A stretch of DNA of 64,000 nt, from contig CAZHEF010000001.1 in the NCBI GenBank assembly GCA_964531645.1, positions 88,054 to 152,053 on the forward strand, in the 5' to 3' direction. Within the stretch, counting starts at the first letter, position 1; each line of letters opens with the position of its first letter. The notes beneath the pieces were generated by a model. It ran no database searches, was not told the origin of the DNA, and worked only from the letters and a program-made list of their open reading frames with translations. Shown one piece after another: positions 1-9,587 of the stretch. A program made the position numbers and the translations under genes. Source of the stretch: an uncultured Clostridia bacterium. Its GTDB lineage: Bacteria; Acidobacteriota; Aminicenantia; JBFLYD01; JBBIMS01.

Positions 1-70
1 CTCTATTCGGTCAGAGGCTCCCAAGGCTTCCCTTTTTCAGCAGAACTTGAGTATAATAAGATTTGTAAAA

Positions 71-1606
71 ATGATATACTTGAAAAAATATTTGTTTATT
101 TTCTTAATTCTTTTTATTGCTCTTATTTATTTTGCATACATTCCTGTAAGTTATAACTTTGACGGAACGGTTTTTAGCCACTTTTTGAGATATTCCATAA
201 TAAAAAAGGATTACATGTCAAAGATCCATCCCCATCACCTCCTTTATCTTCCTCTTGGTATTATTACCTATAAAGCCCTTTCTTTTATATCTGGAACACC
301 TCTCCTTGAATATTTTCATCTCCAGATCGTTTCTTTATTTTTTGGACTCCTTACTCTTATATTTATTTACAGAATCTTACTTTCTGTTACTTCTAAGCCC
401 TTTCTATCTATAGCTGGGGTCATAATGATTGCTTTCTCTTACTCTTTCTGGCTCTTCTCTGTTGAAGCTGAAGTTCATATGCCTGGAATATTTTTTATAA
501 TTTCAGGAATTTTTTTCTTATTCTTCCAAGAAAAACACAGCAAGAAATATTTCATATCTGCAATTCTATTTTCGCTCTCTGCGGGGTTTCATCTGACAAA
601 CATTCTAATCTTAGTTTCTGTTTTGCTCGTATTTATTGCAAGAAAAACAAAAATGAAAGAAATTTTAATTTTTTACGGAGTATATATTCCTTTTACTTTC
701 TTTCAATATTTTTTATTTTCAATTTTTAGCAAAACTGACTTAATTTCTTTTTTCAAAAATGTCCTTTTTGGCAAAGACATCTTTGCTGGCTATAGAATTA
801 GTTACTGGTCACCTATTTCTATTGAGACTTTATTTTTTTCACTAAACTCTGTAAAGAATGCCATATTTGAAGGAAGTAGCTTTTTTATCTCCTTACTACT
901 TTTCGCATTTTTACTCACATTAACAGGTGTAGTAATTGCCAAAAGGAATTTAAAATCTACCATAGATTGTTTTTTATTCTGGATGCTACCATATTTCCTT
1001 TTCTTCTCTCTATGGGATACAAAAAATATAGAATTTAAATTGAACATAGTTATCCCCCTTTTAATACTTTTTGTAATTTCAATTTCTAATCTCTCCAGAA
1101 TTGGCTATTTCATTATTGCTTTAATGATAATCTTTACATTTATTAATAATTTCTATTATGGGATAAGACCGAGAATTGAGATTCAGAATAACAGAAATCT
1201 CCTCCTGGCTGAAGCTATAGAAAAAAAGACTGATAATGACTCAATTATTGTTATTGCCGGCAACACTAAGGGATATTTATACGGAAAAATCTATATTCCA
1301 TATTTTGCCGGAAGAACCACATGGATTCTCGACTGGATATTGGGAAAGGGTTTGTCTCTAAATAATTTTAAAGACTCAATAGTGTATTCACTGTCAAAAA
1401 GGAGAAGGTTTTTTTTCCTATCGGAGCTTGTATATCTGAGTGATTCTGTGAAAGAATTGATTAAAACCCACAATTTATCAGAAAAAGATTACAACAATTT
1501 TTTAAAACAGTTAAAATTTGGAAAAAGAATTGAATTGCTCGACGGGTTCTATCTCTTGGAAGTAAGCGAAGTCTCCTCAGATGGGAATAAAGGTTTATCA
1601 CCCTGA
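71..1606 (+). CDS. Large polytopic membrane protein, at least 10 predicted TM helices, with a C-terminal soluble domain of about 150 aa. GT-C-like, possibly a PMT/ArnT-type glycosyltransferase. The track start at 47 is TTG; the ATG at 71 is preferred.
   Basis: Hydrophobicity pattern of the translated ORF, with a long run of TM segments followed by a hydrophilic tail. No diagnostic catalytic motif was recognised. Confidence 0.35.
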   Translation: MIYLKKYLFIFLILFIALIYFAYIPVSYNFDGTVFSHFLRYSIIKKDYMSKIHPHHLLYLPLGIITYKALSFISGTPLLEYFHLQIVSLFFGLLTLIFIYRILLSVTSKPFLSIAGVIMIAFSYSFWLFSVEAEVHMPGIFFIISGIFFLFFQEKHSKKYFISAILFSLSAGFHLTNILILVSVLLVFIARKTKMKEILIFYGVYIPFTFFQYFLFSIFSKTDLISFFKNVLFGKDIFAGYRISYWSPISIETLFFSLNSVKNAIFEGSSFFISLLLFAFLLTLTGVVIAKRNLKSTIDCFLFWMLPYFLFFSLWDTKNIEFKLNIVIPLLILFVISISNLSRIGYFIIALMIIFTFINNFYYGIRPRIEIQNNRNLLLAEAIEKKTDNDSIIVIAGNTKGYLYGKIYIPYFAGRTTWILDWILGKGLSLNNFKDSIVYSLSKRRRFFFLSELVYLSDSVKELIKTHNLSEKDYNNFLKQLKFGKRIELLDGFYLLEVSEVSSDGNKGLSP

Positions 1607-2143
1607 AAGAAGTATTTTAAATCCTATTAAAATCAGAATTATCCCCCCAATTAACTCCGACCATCTTTTGACAATTTTGCCAATAGCTCCACCGATGGAA
1701 AACCCAATCATGCTAACTGAGAAAGTAACAATTCCAAACAAAAATGATGGAATAATTATTCCAACTTTCAAAACTCCTATGCCCATTCCCACTCCCATGG
1801 AATCGATACTGGTGGAAATTGAAAGAAGAATAATATTTAAAATCTTATCCTTAATCATCTTGTTATTACTTTCCTTTTCAAATGATTCGTAAATCATTCT
1901 AAGTCCTATGACTAAAAGAAGTAGAAAAGCAACAATGTGGTCGTAATTTTTGATAAATGTAACTGCTGAAGAACCTGCAAGCCATCCAATTATTGCCATT
2001 AAAGATTGAAAAAATCCAAAAGATAAACTCATTTTAAAATGAAGGTTTTTGCTGAATCTTGAAGCAATTCCTCCTGCAACAGAAACTGCAAAACAATCCA
2101 TGGAGAGACTTAGGGAGATTAAAAAAATTGTAAAGAAACTCAT
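1598..2143 (-). CDS. mntP: Manganese efflux pump MntP (DUF204 tandem repeat)
   Basis: N-terminal 'SLSMDCFAVSVAGG' motif, a second half-repeat 'STSIDSMGVG', and six TM helices in about 180 aa. Confidence 0.75.
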   Translation of the reverse strand: MSFFTIFLISLSLSMDCFAVSVAGGIASRFSKNLHFKMSLSFGFFQSLMAIIGWLAGSSAVTFIKNYDHIVAFLLLLVIGLRMIYESFEKESNNKMIKDKILNIILLSISTSIDSMGVGMGIGVLKVGIIIPSFLFGIVTFSVSMIGFSIGGAIGKIVKRWSELIGGIILILIGFKILLSG

Positions 2144-2237
2144 ACCTCTAAAATTGATTCAGTATCCAATTCGGTTTTATGAAGGAAAATTATAACATCT
2201 TTTAATCTTCCACCCAAGCTTATGATATTATATTTTT

Positions 2238-3455
2238 ATGCATAAGAAATTTTTTAGAAAGTTTTCTCCCCACATAATTCTTCTCCTTCTCTTATTTTTC
2301 TTACTTTCTCCTTCTCTCAAATCATTAGATTTTACCAGCTGGCTCAAGGAACAAAACCCTTCTAACTGGGAATATGAAAAAGTGACACCGCAGGTCTATT
2401 ACAAAAAAATTTTTATATCTGAAATCCCCCTTTCAATTCATATTTTAAAAGTCAATCTGAAAAATAGAATGATTGAACTGGAACTCCAGAAAGCAGAGGA
2501 TGGAATTCCTGGAAAAAAAACATTAAAAGAGATTGTTGAGAATGAAATTAAAAAGGGGAAAAATGTTGTCGCTGGAGTGAATGCTTCCTTTTTTGAAGAA
2601 GATGGAAGACCTGTTGGACTTTTTGTTGATGAGGGGATTATTTATACTCTCAACAATAGGAGAGCCTCTTTAATAAAAACCACAGAGGGGAAATTGCTCA
2701 TTTCCAAGAGTAATGTTGAAATATTTGTAAAAACTAAAAAAGAAAGAGTAAAAATAAAAGAATTAAACAGTGAAAATTCAAAAAATAATGGAATAGCTCT
2801 GTTTAACCATGTTTATAACAGAAAGATAGAGTTGAAGGATGGTTTTATGGGAATCCTTGTAAAGATTGGAAATAAAAGATTCTCACCAACGGAAAAAGTG
2901 AAGGGATTTGTTTCGAGAATAATAAAAAATGGTGAGATTCAACTCATGAAAGGAGAGGTTTTGGTTGTGGCAAAGGAATCTGAGAAAATTCTTGAAAATA
3001 TTAAAATAAATAGTGCGGTCAATTTTGAAATTAGGAATTTATACTCTAAAGAAGATATTGAATTTGCGGTCACTGGAGCACCTCAGATTGTGAGAAAAGG
3101 TTTGAATGTTTACAAAGGTTTATCAGAAGGACTCACCTCAAGATTTGTCGATGCCCGCCATCCAAGGACTGGAATTGGAACTACAAAAAATAATGAAGAA
3201 ATATTTATAATAGCTGTTGATGGAAGACAACCCCAGATTTCAATAGGAATGACCTTGAATGAGCTTGCAGAGTTATTTATAAAACTTGAATGTCACAATT
3301 CTCTGAACCTTGATGGAGGAGGTTCAACAACAATGTGGGTAAATGGTAAAGTTGTGAACTCTCCTTCTGATCCAACAGGTGAAAGACCTGTCTCCGATGC
3401 GATACTTATAATTGAAAAATTGGGTTCTTCAATACATAAGAAGAAGCTTTTTTAA
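2238..3455 (+). CDS. Secreted phosphodiester glycosidase family protein (NAGPA-like, DUF2233)
   Basis: N-terminal signal peptide and the C-terminal 'LNLDGGGSTTMW' motif typical of the phosphodiester glycosidase family. Confidence 0.6.
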   Translation: MHKKFFRKFSPHIILLLLLFFLLSPSLKSLDFTSWLKEQNPSNWEYEKVTPQVYYKKIFISEIPLSIHILKVNLKNRMIELELQKAEDGIPGKKTLKEIVENEIKKGKNVVAGVNASFFEEDGRPVGLFVDEGIIYTLNNRRASLIKTTEGKLLISKSNVEIFVKTKKERVKIKELNSENSKNNGIALFNHVYNRKIELKDGFMGILVKIGNKRFSPTEKVKGFVSRIIKNGEIQLMKGEVLVVAKESEKILENIKINSAVNFEIRNLYSKEDIEFAVTGAPQIVRKGLNVYKGLSEGLTSRFVDARHPRTGIGTTKNNEEIFIIAVDGRQPQISIGMTLNELAELFIKLECHNSLNLDGGGSTTMWVNGKVVNSPSDPTGERPVSDAILIIEKLGSSIHKKKLF

Positions 3456-3559
3456 TAATCTATATATTATATTTTTTTCTCTCTCTTGCATTTTCTACTA
3501 CAGTATCAGGTAAGTTTTCTGAGATCGTCTCTCCAGCGGAGATAAGGCTTCATTGCAAA

Positions 3560-3617
3560 ATGCAAATTAAAAATACAAATTTAAAATTTAAAATTTTAAA
3601 TTTAAAATTTTAAATCT
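3560..3617. repeat. AT-only short tandem repeat (approximate unit aatttaaaatt, about 5 copies) in the rmuC upstream region
   Basis: Direct reading of 'aaatttaaaatttaaaattttaaatttaaaattttaaatc'. Confidence 0.6.
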
Positions 3618-3724
3618 ATTCTTTCAATTTGCATTTTAAAATCTCCAATTTTCAATGCTATTTCTCTATCTACTACATTACTACATATGTTGATGCTTTC
3701 CTGAGAAAATTATATAATTTCCTC

Positions 3725-4840
3725 ATGGGTGTAAATATAATTTTAATTGTTCTTCTGGCAGTTGTTTCCACTGCTTTTGTTTTTTTACTTTATTTTTTTC
3801 TGAGCACAAAGGAAAAAGAAAAGAACGCTTCCTTTGACCTTGTCCAGAAGCAGATGGATTCTCTAAGGTCTCAACTTAATGAAAGTCTTAGCATGACAGT
3901 TCAATCTCTTAATCAACAATTCTCAAATCTAACACAGCAAATAAACATGAGGCTAAAGGAGGTGGATGAGAAAATTTTCAGCTCCAGTAAGCATACATCA
4001 GAAATTTTTGCCAATGTTAAGGAAACCCTTGGAGCTTTATCTCAGGAAACAAAGCGAATATTTGAAGTGGGAAGGGATATTGCAACTCTTCAAGACATTT
4101 TGAAGGCTCCAAAATTGAGGGGATCCCTTGGAGAACTCCTCCTTGGAGACCTTCTTACCCAGATTCTTCCTCCCAAATTCTATACCCTTCAGTATAGATT
4201 CAGGAACAATGTCCAAGTGGACGCAGTAATAAAGCTTGCGGAAGGTTATCTTGTCCCGATCGATTCAAAATTTCCCCTTTCCAGTTTTAAACTAATCCTT
4301 GATGCAAAAACAGAGGAGGAAAGAATAAGGGCTAAGAAGAGATTCATTATGGATGTTAAGAAACATGTAGATGATATAGCAGCAAGATATATACTTCCCG
4401 AAGAGGGAACCCTTGACTTTGCTCTAATGTATATACCCGCTGAAAATGTTTACTATGAAACAATAATAAAAGATGAATCCCTCGGAGATGAAACTTCGAT
4501 ATTCTCATATTCTTTGAAGAAGAGAGTCATTCCAGTATCACCAAATTCTTTCTATGCCTATTTACAGACAATACTTTTGGGATTGAAGGGTATGGAGATA
4601 GAGGAATCTGCCAAGAGAATTCATCAGTTCCTCAATGCTTTACTTGGTGAATTCACAAAACTTGAGGATGACTTTAGAACCCTTGGCATGCATTTACAAA
4701 ATGCAAGGAAGAAGTTTGAGGACACAGAAAAGAAAATAGAAAGGCTAAAATTTAAATTGGGTGAAGCAAGTTCAGGAAAAACCCTCACTGAACCTGAAAA
4801 AAAAGAACTTCCAGCCCAGAAATCCCTTTTTGAAAAATAG
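3725..4840 (+). CDS. rmuC: DNA recombination protein RmuC. The probable true start is the ATG at 3725, not the TTG at 3629.
   Basis: N-terminal TM anchor, long coiled-coil, and a conserved C-terminal region ('PIDSKFPL', 'MYIPAENVYYE', 'VIPVSPNSFYAYLQ') matching the RmuC family. Confidence 0.7.
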   Translation: MGVNIILIVLLAVVSTAFVFLLYFFLSTKEKEKNASFDLVQKQMDSLRSQLNESLSMTVQSLNQQFSNLTQQINMRLKEVDEKIFSSSKHTSEIFANVKETLGALSQETKRIFEVGRDIATLQDILKAPKLRGSLGELLLGDLLTQILPPKFYTLQYRFRNNVQVDAVIKLAEGYLVPIDSKFPLSSFKLILDAKTEEERIRAKKRFIMDVKKHVDDIAARYILPEEGTLDFALMYIPAENVYYETIIKDESLGDETSIFSYSLKKRVIPVSPNSFYAYLQTILLGLKGMEIEESAKRIHQFLNALLGEFTKLEDDFRTLGMHLQNARKKFEDTEKKIERLKFKLGEASSGKTLTEPEKKELPAQKSLFEK

Positions 4841-4843
4841 TTT

Positions 4844-5512
4844 TCACAAAAACTCTTTTATTGCCATTCCAAGGATGGAGCGGGGAATGATAAAGGGCTC
4901 ACCTGAGATTTCCTTGAGCTTTTCCTTCAAATCAAGAGAGTATCCAATACAATCCATAACAATAAGGTCAACCTTCCTATCTTTTATCTTCTCTCCCATT
5001 TCCTCAACCTCCTGAATTGAAATGTAAGGGTTAAGTGTTTCTATAAAAACATTTAGACCTGTTCTACCCCATTTTCTCTTTGCATATTCCATCTGTTCTT
5101 TCAAAGGAACAAAAACAAGGAGATTTCCTTCAGATAGAAGAGAATTTGTCAGATTAAATATCAATCTTCCAGGCTGAATAAGAAAGATTTTTGATCTAAT
5201 CTCATTAAATTCTTCTGTGCAGAGAAGAGCACAGATTTTTATTCCCGACTTTTCAATCTCTTCTACTTTTGTCTGTATAATCGGCAGAATTTTCCTCTTT
5301 CCAACCACAACCGACGAACCATCCCTGAGTCTTGTGATCAGAGGAAAATCCTCCTTTTCAGGTTTTAATTTTTCTATTTCAATCATTGAAATTTCGTCAA
5401 GGAGTCCCCTCTCAAGAATTTCAACTTCTTCACCTAAAAGAGAGTATAAATCTTTTGTTACATCATCTCTTGGCGATTGTCCAATTGTTACTAATCCAAT
5501 TCTTCTTGACAT
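4844..5512 (-). CDS. AroM family protein (Asp/Glu/hydantoin-racemase-like fold family, function unknown)
   Basis: 'IGLVTIGQSPRDDV' N-terminus and 'DLIVMDCIGYS' match the conserved blocks of E. coli AroM. Confidence 0.6.
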   Translation of the reverse strand: MSRRIGLVTIGQSPRDDVTKDLYSLLGEEVEILERGLLDEISMIEIEKLKPEKEDFPLITRLRDGSSVVVGKRKILPIIQTKVEEIEKSGIKICALLCTEEFNEIRSKIFLIQPGRLIFNLTNSLLSEGNLLVFVPLKEQMEYAKRKWGRTGLNVFIETLNPYISIQEVEEMGEKIKDRKVDLIVMDCIGYSLDLKEKLKEISGEPFIIPRSILGMAIKEFL

Positions 5513-5522
5513 TATCGTTTAG

Positions 5523-6590
5523 TTAACAAAGGCTTTTAATAATTTTTTTAATCTTTTCTAAAAGATATGGATCCTTTACCCCCGAACCAAGAATGAGGTG
5601 ACGGGAACTGACCGTAATAATACTCACCCTGGCTTTTTCTTTTACATCAGCACTAATTATTGGTCTTGCAGTTTCATGATCAAAGGTCATAATAAGATCT
5701 GGAAAAGTTGCCAGTCTTTCTTTATCCCTTTCAAGGGTTATATACTCATTCAATACGGTAAGTTCATATTTTCCTTTCCCATTGACTATAATTTTTCCTG
5801 TGTCAAACCCCTTTTCCCTTTTTATATTTACTTTTTCCACCACTCCTGTTATCAGGAGAGAACCCTTCAGATAATTCAGAACTTTTTCAAGAGTCTCTTC
5901 TGGATTCCTTCCTTTTTCCTGCAAAATTTCCCCTACTTCTAAAGCCATTTTTATCGCACCAGGAGCGCCATTCTTCCGTACATATCTTGCTAGAACTGGA
6001 TTCCTCGCAACTGCCACCATCTCTTCTGCTATGATGGCAGATTCCTTTACAAGTTCTGAAATCTTTTCAAAAGAACCAGCTAAAAAAGCCTCAACTCGGG
6101 TTTTATTCCAGAACAAACCTCCCACTGCGGTTTGAATTGAAACGAAGCCAGTTTGCTTATGCAATTCCATTGAACCCATAAGTCCGAGAGGATGGGCTCT
6201 TCCATTGCAAGGAGCATCAACAAAAGGAATTTCAAAAATAGCGGATGGGAGCCAGCCACTGACAACTCCAGGAGCACCTATTTCACTGGGGATAAGACCA
6301 TCAACTTTTTTCTTTGATTTTTCAATGAATATATCAACAGCGAGGAAAAAATCATCTGGTTTCAACTTCCCCTTTCCAGTAGTTGGGGCTCCAACAGCAG
6401 AGATAGTGAGGGGGGTGGCATCTCCTGGCAATGCATCTAGGGAAATAATTTCAGAGAAGCCCTTTTTGAGAGCCTCCTTTGCAATTACCTTTGCATCCTC
6501 TATCCATCCTCCTCCCCCTCCACCCGGAACAGCTCCACCAAGAATAAGAGCTTCTACCTTTTCCTTATCAATCTTAATCTTCTTGCTCAT
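5523..6590 (-). CDS. DUF917-like uncharacterised protein with a poly-Gly (G6) loop. Probable start is the ATG at 6590; the track start at 6623 is TTG.
   Basis: About 355 aa with 'LILGGAVPGGGGGGW'. Family assignment is by recollection of DUF917 and its frequent adjacency to AroM and NCS1 permease genes. Not verified. Confidence 0.4.
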   Translation of the reverse strand: MSKKIKIDKEKVEALILGGAVPGGGGGGWIEDAKVIAKEALKKGFSEIISLDALPGDATPLTISAVGAPTTGKGKLKPDDFFLAVDIFIEKSKKKVDGLIPSEIGAPGVVSGWLPSAIFEIPFVDAPCNGRAHPLGLMGSMELHKQTGFVSIQTAVGGLFWNKTRVEAFLAGSFEKISELVKESAIIAEEMVAVARNPVLARYVRKNGAPGAIKMALEVGEILQEKGRNPEETLEKVLNYLKGSLLITGVVEKVNIKREKGFDTGKIIVNGKGKYELTVLNEYITLERDKERLATFPDLIMTFDHETARPIISADVKEKARVSIITVSSRHLILGSGVKDPYLLEKIKKIIKSLC

Positions 6591-6635
6591 TTCTTGCGTT
6601 AAAAAGCAGAATTTAAAATACAAAATTGCTAATCT

Positions 6636-7991
6636 TTAATTATACCATTTCTTGAAAATTTTCATCCCGAACCAGTACAGGATAATGGCTGAGATTACTC
6701 CATTGAATGTATAAATGGAAAAGGGAAAAATTTTTATTGTGAAAGGATGTCCTGATGTTACCCAGCCTACAAAAAAAGAGATTAAATAAACTCCGAGAGC
6801 AATGGGATTCCATCCCTTATTATTTTCTTTTGGATGAGGCCTCTTCATTCTTTTCAGAAGATAATAATCAGCGACAATAATTCCTCCAATAGGACTAATA
6901 CCTATGCTTAGCAGACTGAGAAAGAGGACAAGTCTCTGAAGAATTCCGAAACTTGCAAGAAGAGAAGAAATAATGCCAACAAGAATAGCAAGTTTCCACC
7001 GAGTCCATCTTATTATATTGTTGAAGGCAAGAACAGATGAGTAAAGATTACTATCATTCGTTGTCCACTGGGCAAAAGCAATGGCGAGAAGACCAACAAG
7101 TCCGAGACCTGCATATTCACGATTTATTATTATTTCAGGTAATTTCTCGTGATAAAGTCCTGTTTTCATTGCAAGGATAGAGCCTACCAATTGCATAATA
7201 GCACTTACACCCATTGAAAGGGTGGCTGAAAATAATATATCCCTGAATTTTGGTTTTGCATACCTGAATACATCTGCCGAAGTAACTGCACCAACTATAA
7301 ATCCTCCTGCAATTATTGAGGCTGCACCTCCAAGAGTGACAGGGTAAGATGAGGGAGAGTGTTTTAAAGCAAGATTTATAAGTTTGTCAGGGGATAAAAA
7401 GTTCAATTTCATTTCAAAAGCCACATAAATAAAAATTAAAACCATTGGCGGAACAACTACCCAGCTCAAAGCTTTAAGACCTCTGAAACCAAATATTGCA
7501 GGAATCATCATTAGAACCCCAGTAAAAAAAGCAAGGTAGGAGAAGGGAATGGATGTCTTAGTGTAAGGAGTCAGAGTCTCGGCAAAAAGACCTGCCTGAA
7601 CACCAAACCACCCCATAAATGAAAGAGCAAGACAGAGAGATACTATAAATGAGCCCTTTTCTCCAAAGGCAATTCTTGCAATTAATGGAGTGGAGAGCCC
7701 CGATTTTGCTCCAATATAACCTGTCAGGGTCATCATTCCAATTAAGATGAGCTCACCAAGTATATAAGCTAAAATTACTCTCCGAACAGCTCCAAGCCCC
7801 ATTCCTATCATCATCCCCCTGAGGAGAGCAGACATGACTATAGCAACTCCAATCCAGACAATTGATACATCTATCCATGATTTTCTTTTTTCCAAGGGAA
7901 CTTCTTCAAATGAATAATCCTCAAATACCTCTGGTTCCTTTTCCATAATCAGAACCCTTAAGAAATACAAATGGAATTTTAATATATTCAT
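6636..7991 (-). CDS. NCS1 family nucleobase/hydantoin-type permease (cytosine/purine/allantoin permease family). The alternative start at 7946 removes a 15-aa leader.
   Basis: Twelve predicted TM helices and a soluble N-terminus ('FEDYSFEEVPLEKRKSW') typical of NCS1/CodB-like permeases. Confidence 0.6.
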   Translation of the reverse strand: MNILKFHLYFLRVLIMEKEPEVFEDYSFEEVPLEKRKSWIDVSIVWIGVAIVMSALLRGMMIGMGLGAVRRVILAYILGELILIGMMTLTGYIGAKSGLSTPLIARIAFGEKGSFIVSLCLALSFMGWFGVQAGLFAETLTPYTKTSIPFSYLAFFTGVLMMIPAIFGFRGLKALSWVVVPPMVLIFIYVAFEMKLNFLSPDKLINLALKHSPSSYPVTLGGAASIIAGGFIVGAVTSADVFRYAKPKFRDILFSATLSMGVSAIMQLVGSILAMKTGLYHEKLPEIIINREYAGLGLVGLLAIAFAQWTTNDSNLYSSVLAFNNIIRWTRWKLAILVGIISSLLASFGILQRLVLFLSLLSIGISPIGGIIVADYYLLKRMKRPHPKENNKGWNPIALGVYLISFFVGWVTSGHPFTIKIFPFSIYTFNGVISAIILYWFGMKIFKKWYN

Positions 7992-8216
7992 TTTAATCAG
8001 GCAACAAGTGGAATTCTCAATCTCACCTATTGTTAGAAAATGAAGGGAAAAAAGAGTTTTTAAATTTTTTTGGATGTTATAGAAAATTGATAAATCATGA
8101 TTAATTTAAATAAACTTCCACCGCTAAAATAAGGTTCTAAAAGAAGAGAAGCACGGAATGAAGAACCTTTACGTGACCTTGAGACATCTTAAATTAGATT
8201 GTATAATTAAAAGACT

Positions 8217-9587
8217 ATGCCTACTATAAACTCAAACATATTTAGAGAATACGACATAAGAGGTATAGTCGGGAAGGATCTGACTCCTGAAACTGTAGAA
8301 ATTATCGGGAGAGCGTTTGGAACAATGATAAGAACAAAAGGAAAGAAGATTGTCGCTATAGGAAGGGATGCAAGAAATTCATCAAAGCCTTTTTCTCAAG
8401 CCCTTATCAGGGGCTTGCTCTCCACCGGGTGCAGTTGTGTTGATTTCGGAATGGTTCCAACCCCTGTTTTCTATTTCGGGGTTATTACAAAAAATCTGGA
8501 TGGTGGGGTAATGATAACAGGTTCCCACAATCCACCTGAATTTAATGGGTTTAAAATTATGATAGAGGGGGAGACCCTTTATGGTGAAAACATTAAAGAA
8601 ATTGAAAAAATAATTCAGAAAGAAAGATTTTTTGAGGAAAGTACAGGCTCACTTTCCTCATACCCTATAATAAAAGAATATATTGATTTTGTCACTTCTA
8701 ACATTAAGATAAAAAGAAAGCTAAAAATTGTTGTGGATGCAGGAAATGGTGTTGGTGGATTTGTTGCATCCGCAATTTATAAAGAGCTTGGAAATGAAAT
8801 TTTTGAGCTCTACTGCGATCCCGATGGAAACTTTCCCAACCATCATCCTGATCCTACAATCCCAGAGTTTCTTTCAGATTTAATTGAGAAAGTCAAAATC
8901 GAAGGTGCTGATTTAGGTATAGCATTTGATGGAGATGCCGATAGAATCGGGCTTGTTGATAATAGGGGAAAAATTCTTTGGGGTGACCAGATCATGATAA
9001 TTCTTTCAAGAGAGATTTTAAAAGATGCTCCAGGAACAAAGATTATAGGAGAGGTAAAATCTTCAAAACTCCTCTATGATGAGATAGAAAGGCTTGGCGG
9101 GATTCCCATAATGTGGAAGACAGGACATTCACTGATAAAAAAGAAAATTAAAGAGGAAAAAGCTTTACTTGCGGGCGAAATGAGTGGGCATATATTTTTT
9201 GCAGATAGATATTTTGGCTTCGATGATGCCATATATGCAGGAGCCCGAATTATCGAGATACTTTCTAATTCCGATAAACCTCTTTCAGAAATGCTAGATG
9301 ACCTTCCAAAAACCTATGTAAGTCCTGAGATTAGAGTCTCCTCCTCCGACGATTTGAAATTTAAGGTTGTTGAAGAAGTCAAAAAACATTATAAAGATTT
9401 CCCAATGATTGATGTGGATGGTGTAAGAGTTGATTTTGAAGATGGATGGGCTCTTGTAAGAGCTTCAAACACTCAACCTGTTCTTGTACTGAGATTTGAA
9501 GGATTCACACAGGAAGCTCTCAGCAGAATTAAAAATGAAGTAGAAAGAGTTGTTCAGGATTGTAAAAGGAGGGTGGGTGATCTTTGA
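8217..9587 (+). CDS. Phosphomannomutase/phosphoglucomutase (alpha-D-phosphohexomutase)
   Basis: 'FREYDIRG' N-terminal block, active-site phosphoserine loop 'TGSHNPPEFNGFK', and the metal-binding 'FDGDADR'. Confidence 0.85.
   Translation: MPTINSNIFREYDIRGIVGKDLTPETVEIIGRAFGTMIRTKGKKIVAIGRDARNSSKPFSQALIRGLLSTGCSCVDFGMVPTPVFYFGVITKNLDGGVMITGSHNPPEFNGFKIMIEGETLYGENIKEIEKIIQKERFFEESTGSLSSYPIIKEYIDFVTSNIKIKRKLKIVVDAGNGVGGFVASAIYKELGNEIFELYCDPDGNFPNHHPDPTIPEFLSDLIEKVKIEGADLGIAFDGDADRIGLVDNRGKILWGDQIMIILSREILKDAPGTKIIGEVKSSKLLYDEIERLGGIPIMWKTGHSLIKKKIKEEKALLAGEMSGHIFFADRYFGFDDAIYAGARIIEILSNSDKPLSEMLDDLPKTYVSPEIRVSSSDDLKFKVVEEVKKHYKDFPMIDVDGVRVDFEDGWALVRASNTQPVLVLRFEGFTQEALSRIKNEVERVVQDCKRRVGDL

Noticed and set aside
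2144-2237. Possible yybP-ykoY Mn2+ riboswitch in the mntP leader
   Set aside because: The leader is only about 94 nt and I could not find the conserved riboswitch elements. An Rfam scan would be needed.
3560-3617. AT tandem repeat as a CRISPR array
   Set aside because: Units are about 11-13 nt with no spacers and pure A/T. This is a microsatellite/curved-DNA element, not CRISPR.
4840-4844. rmuC and the AroM gene converge with only 3 nt between their stop codons
   Set aside because: Noted as tight packing and possible transcriptional interference. There is no room for a terminator and nothing further to infer from sequence alone.
7992-8216. Possible TPP or purine riboswitch upstream of the NCS1 permease
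   Set aside because: No recognisable conserved riboswitch core, so it is not called.
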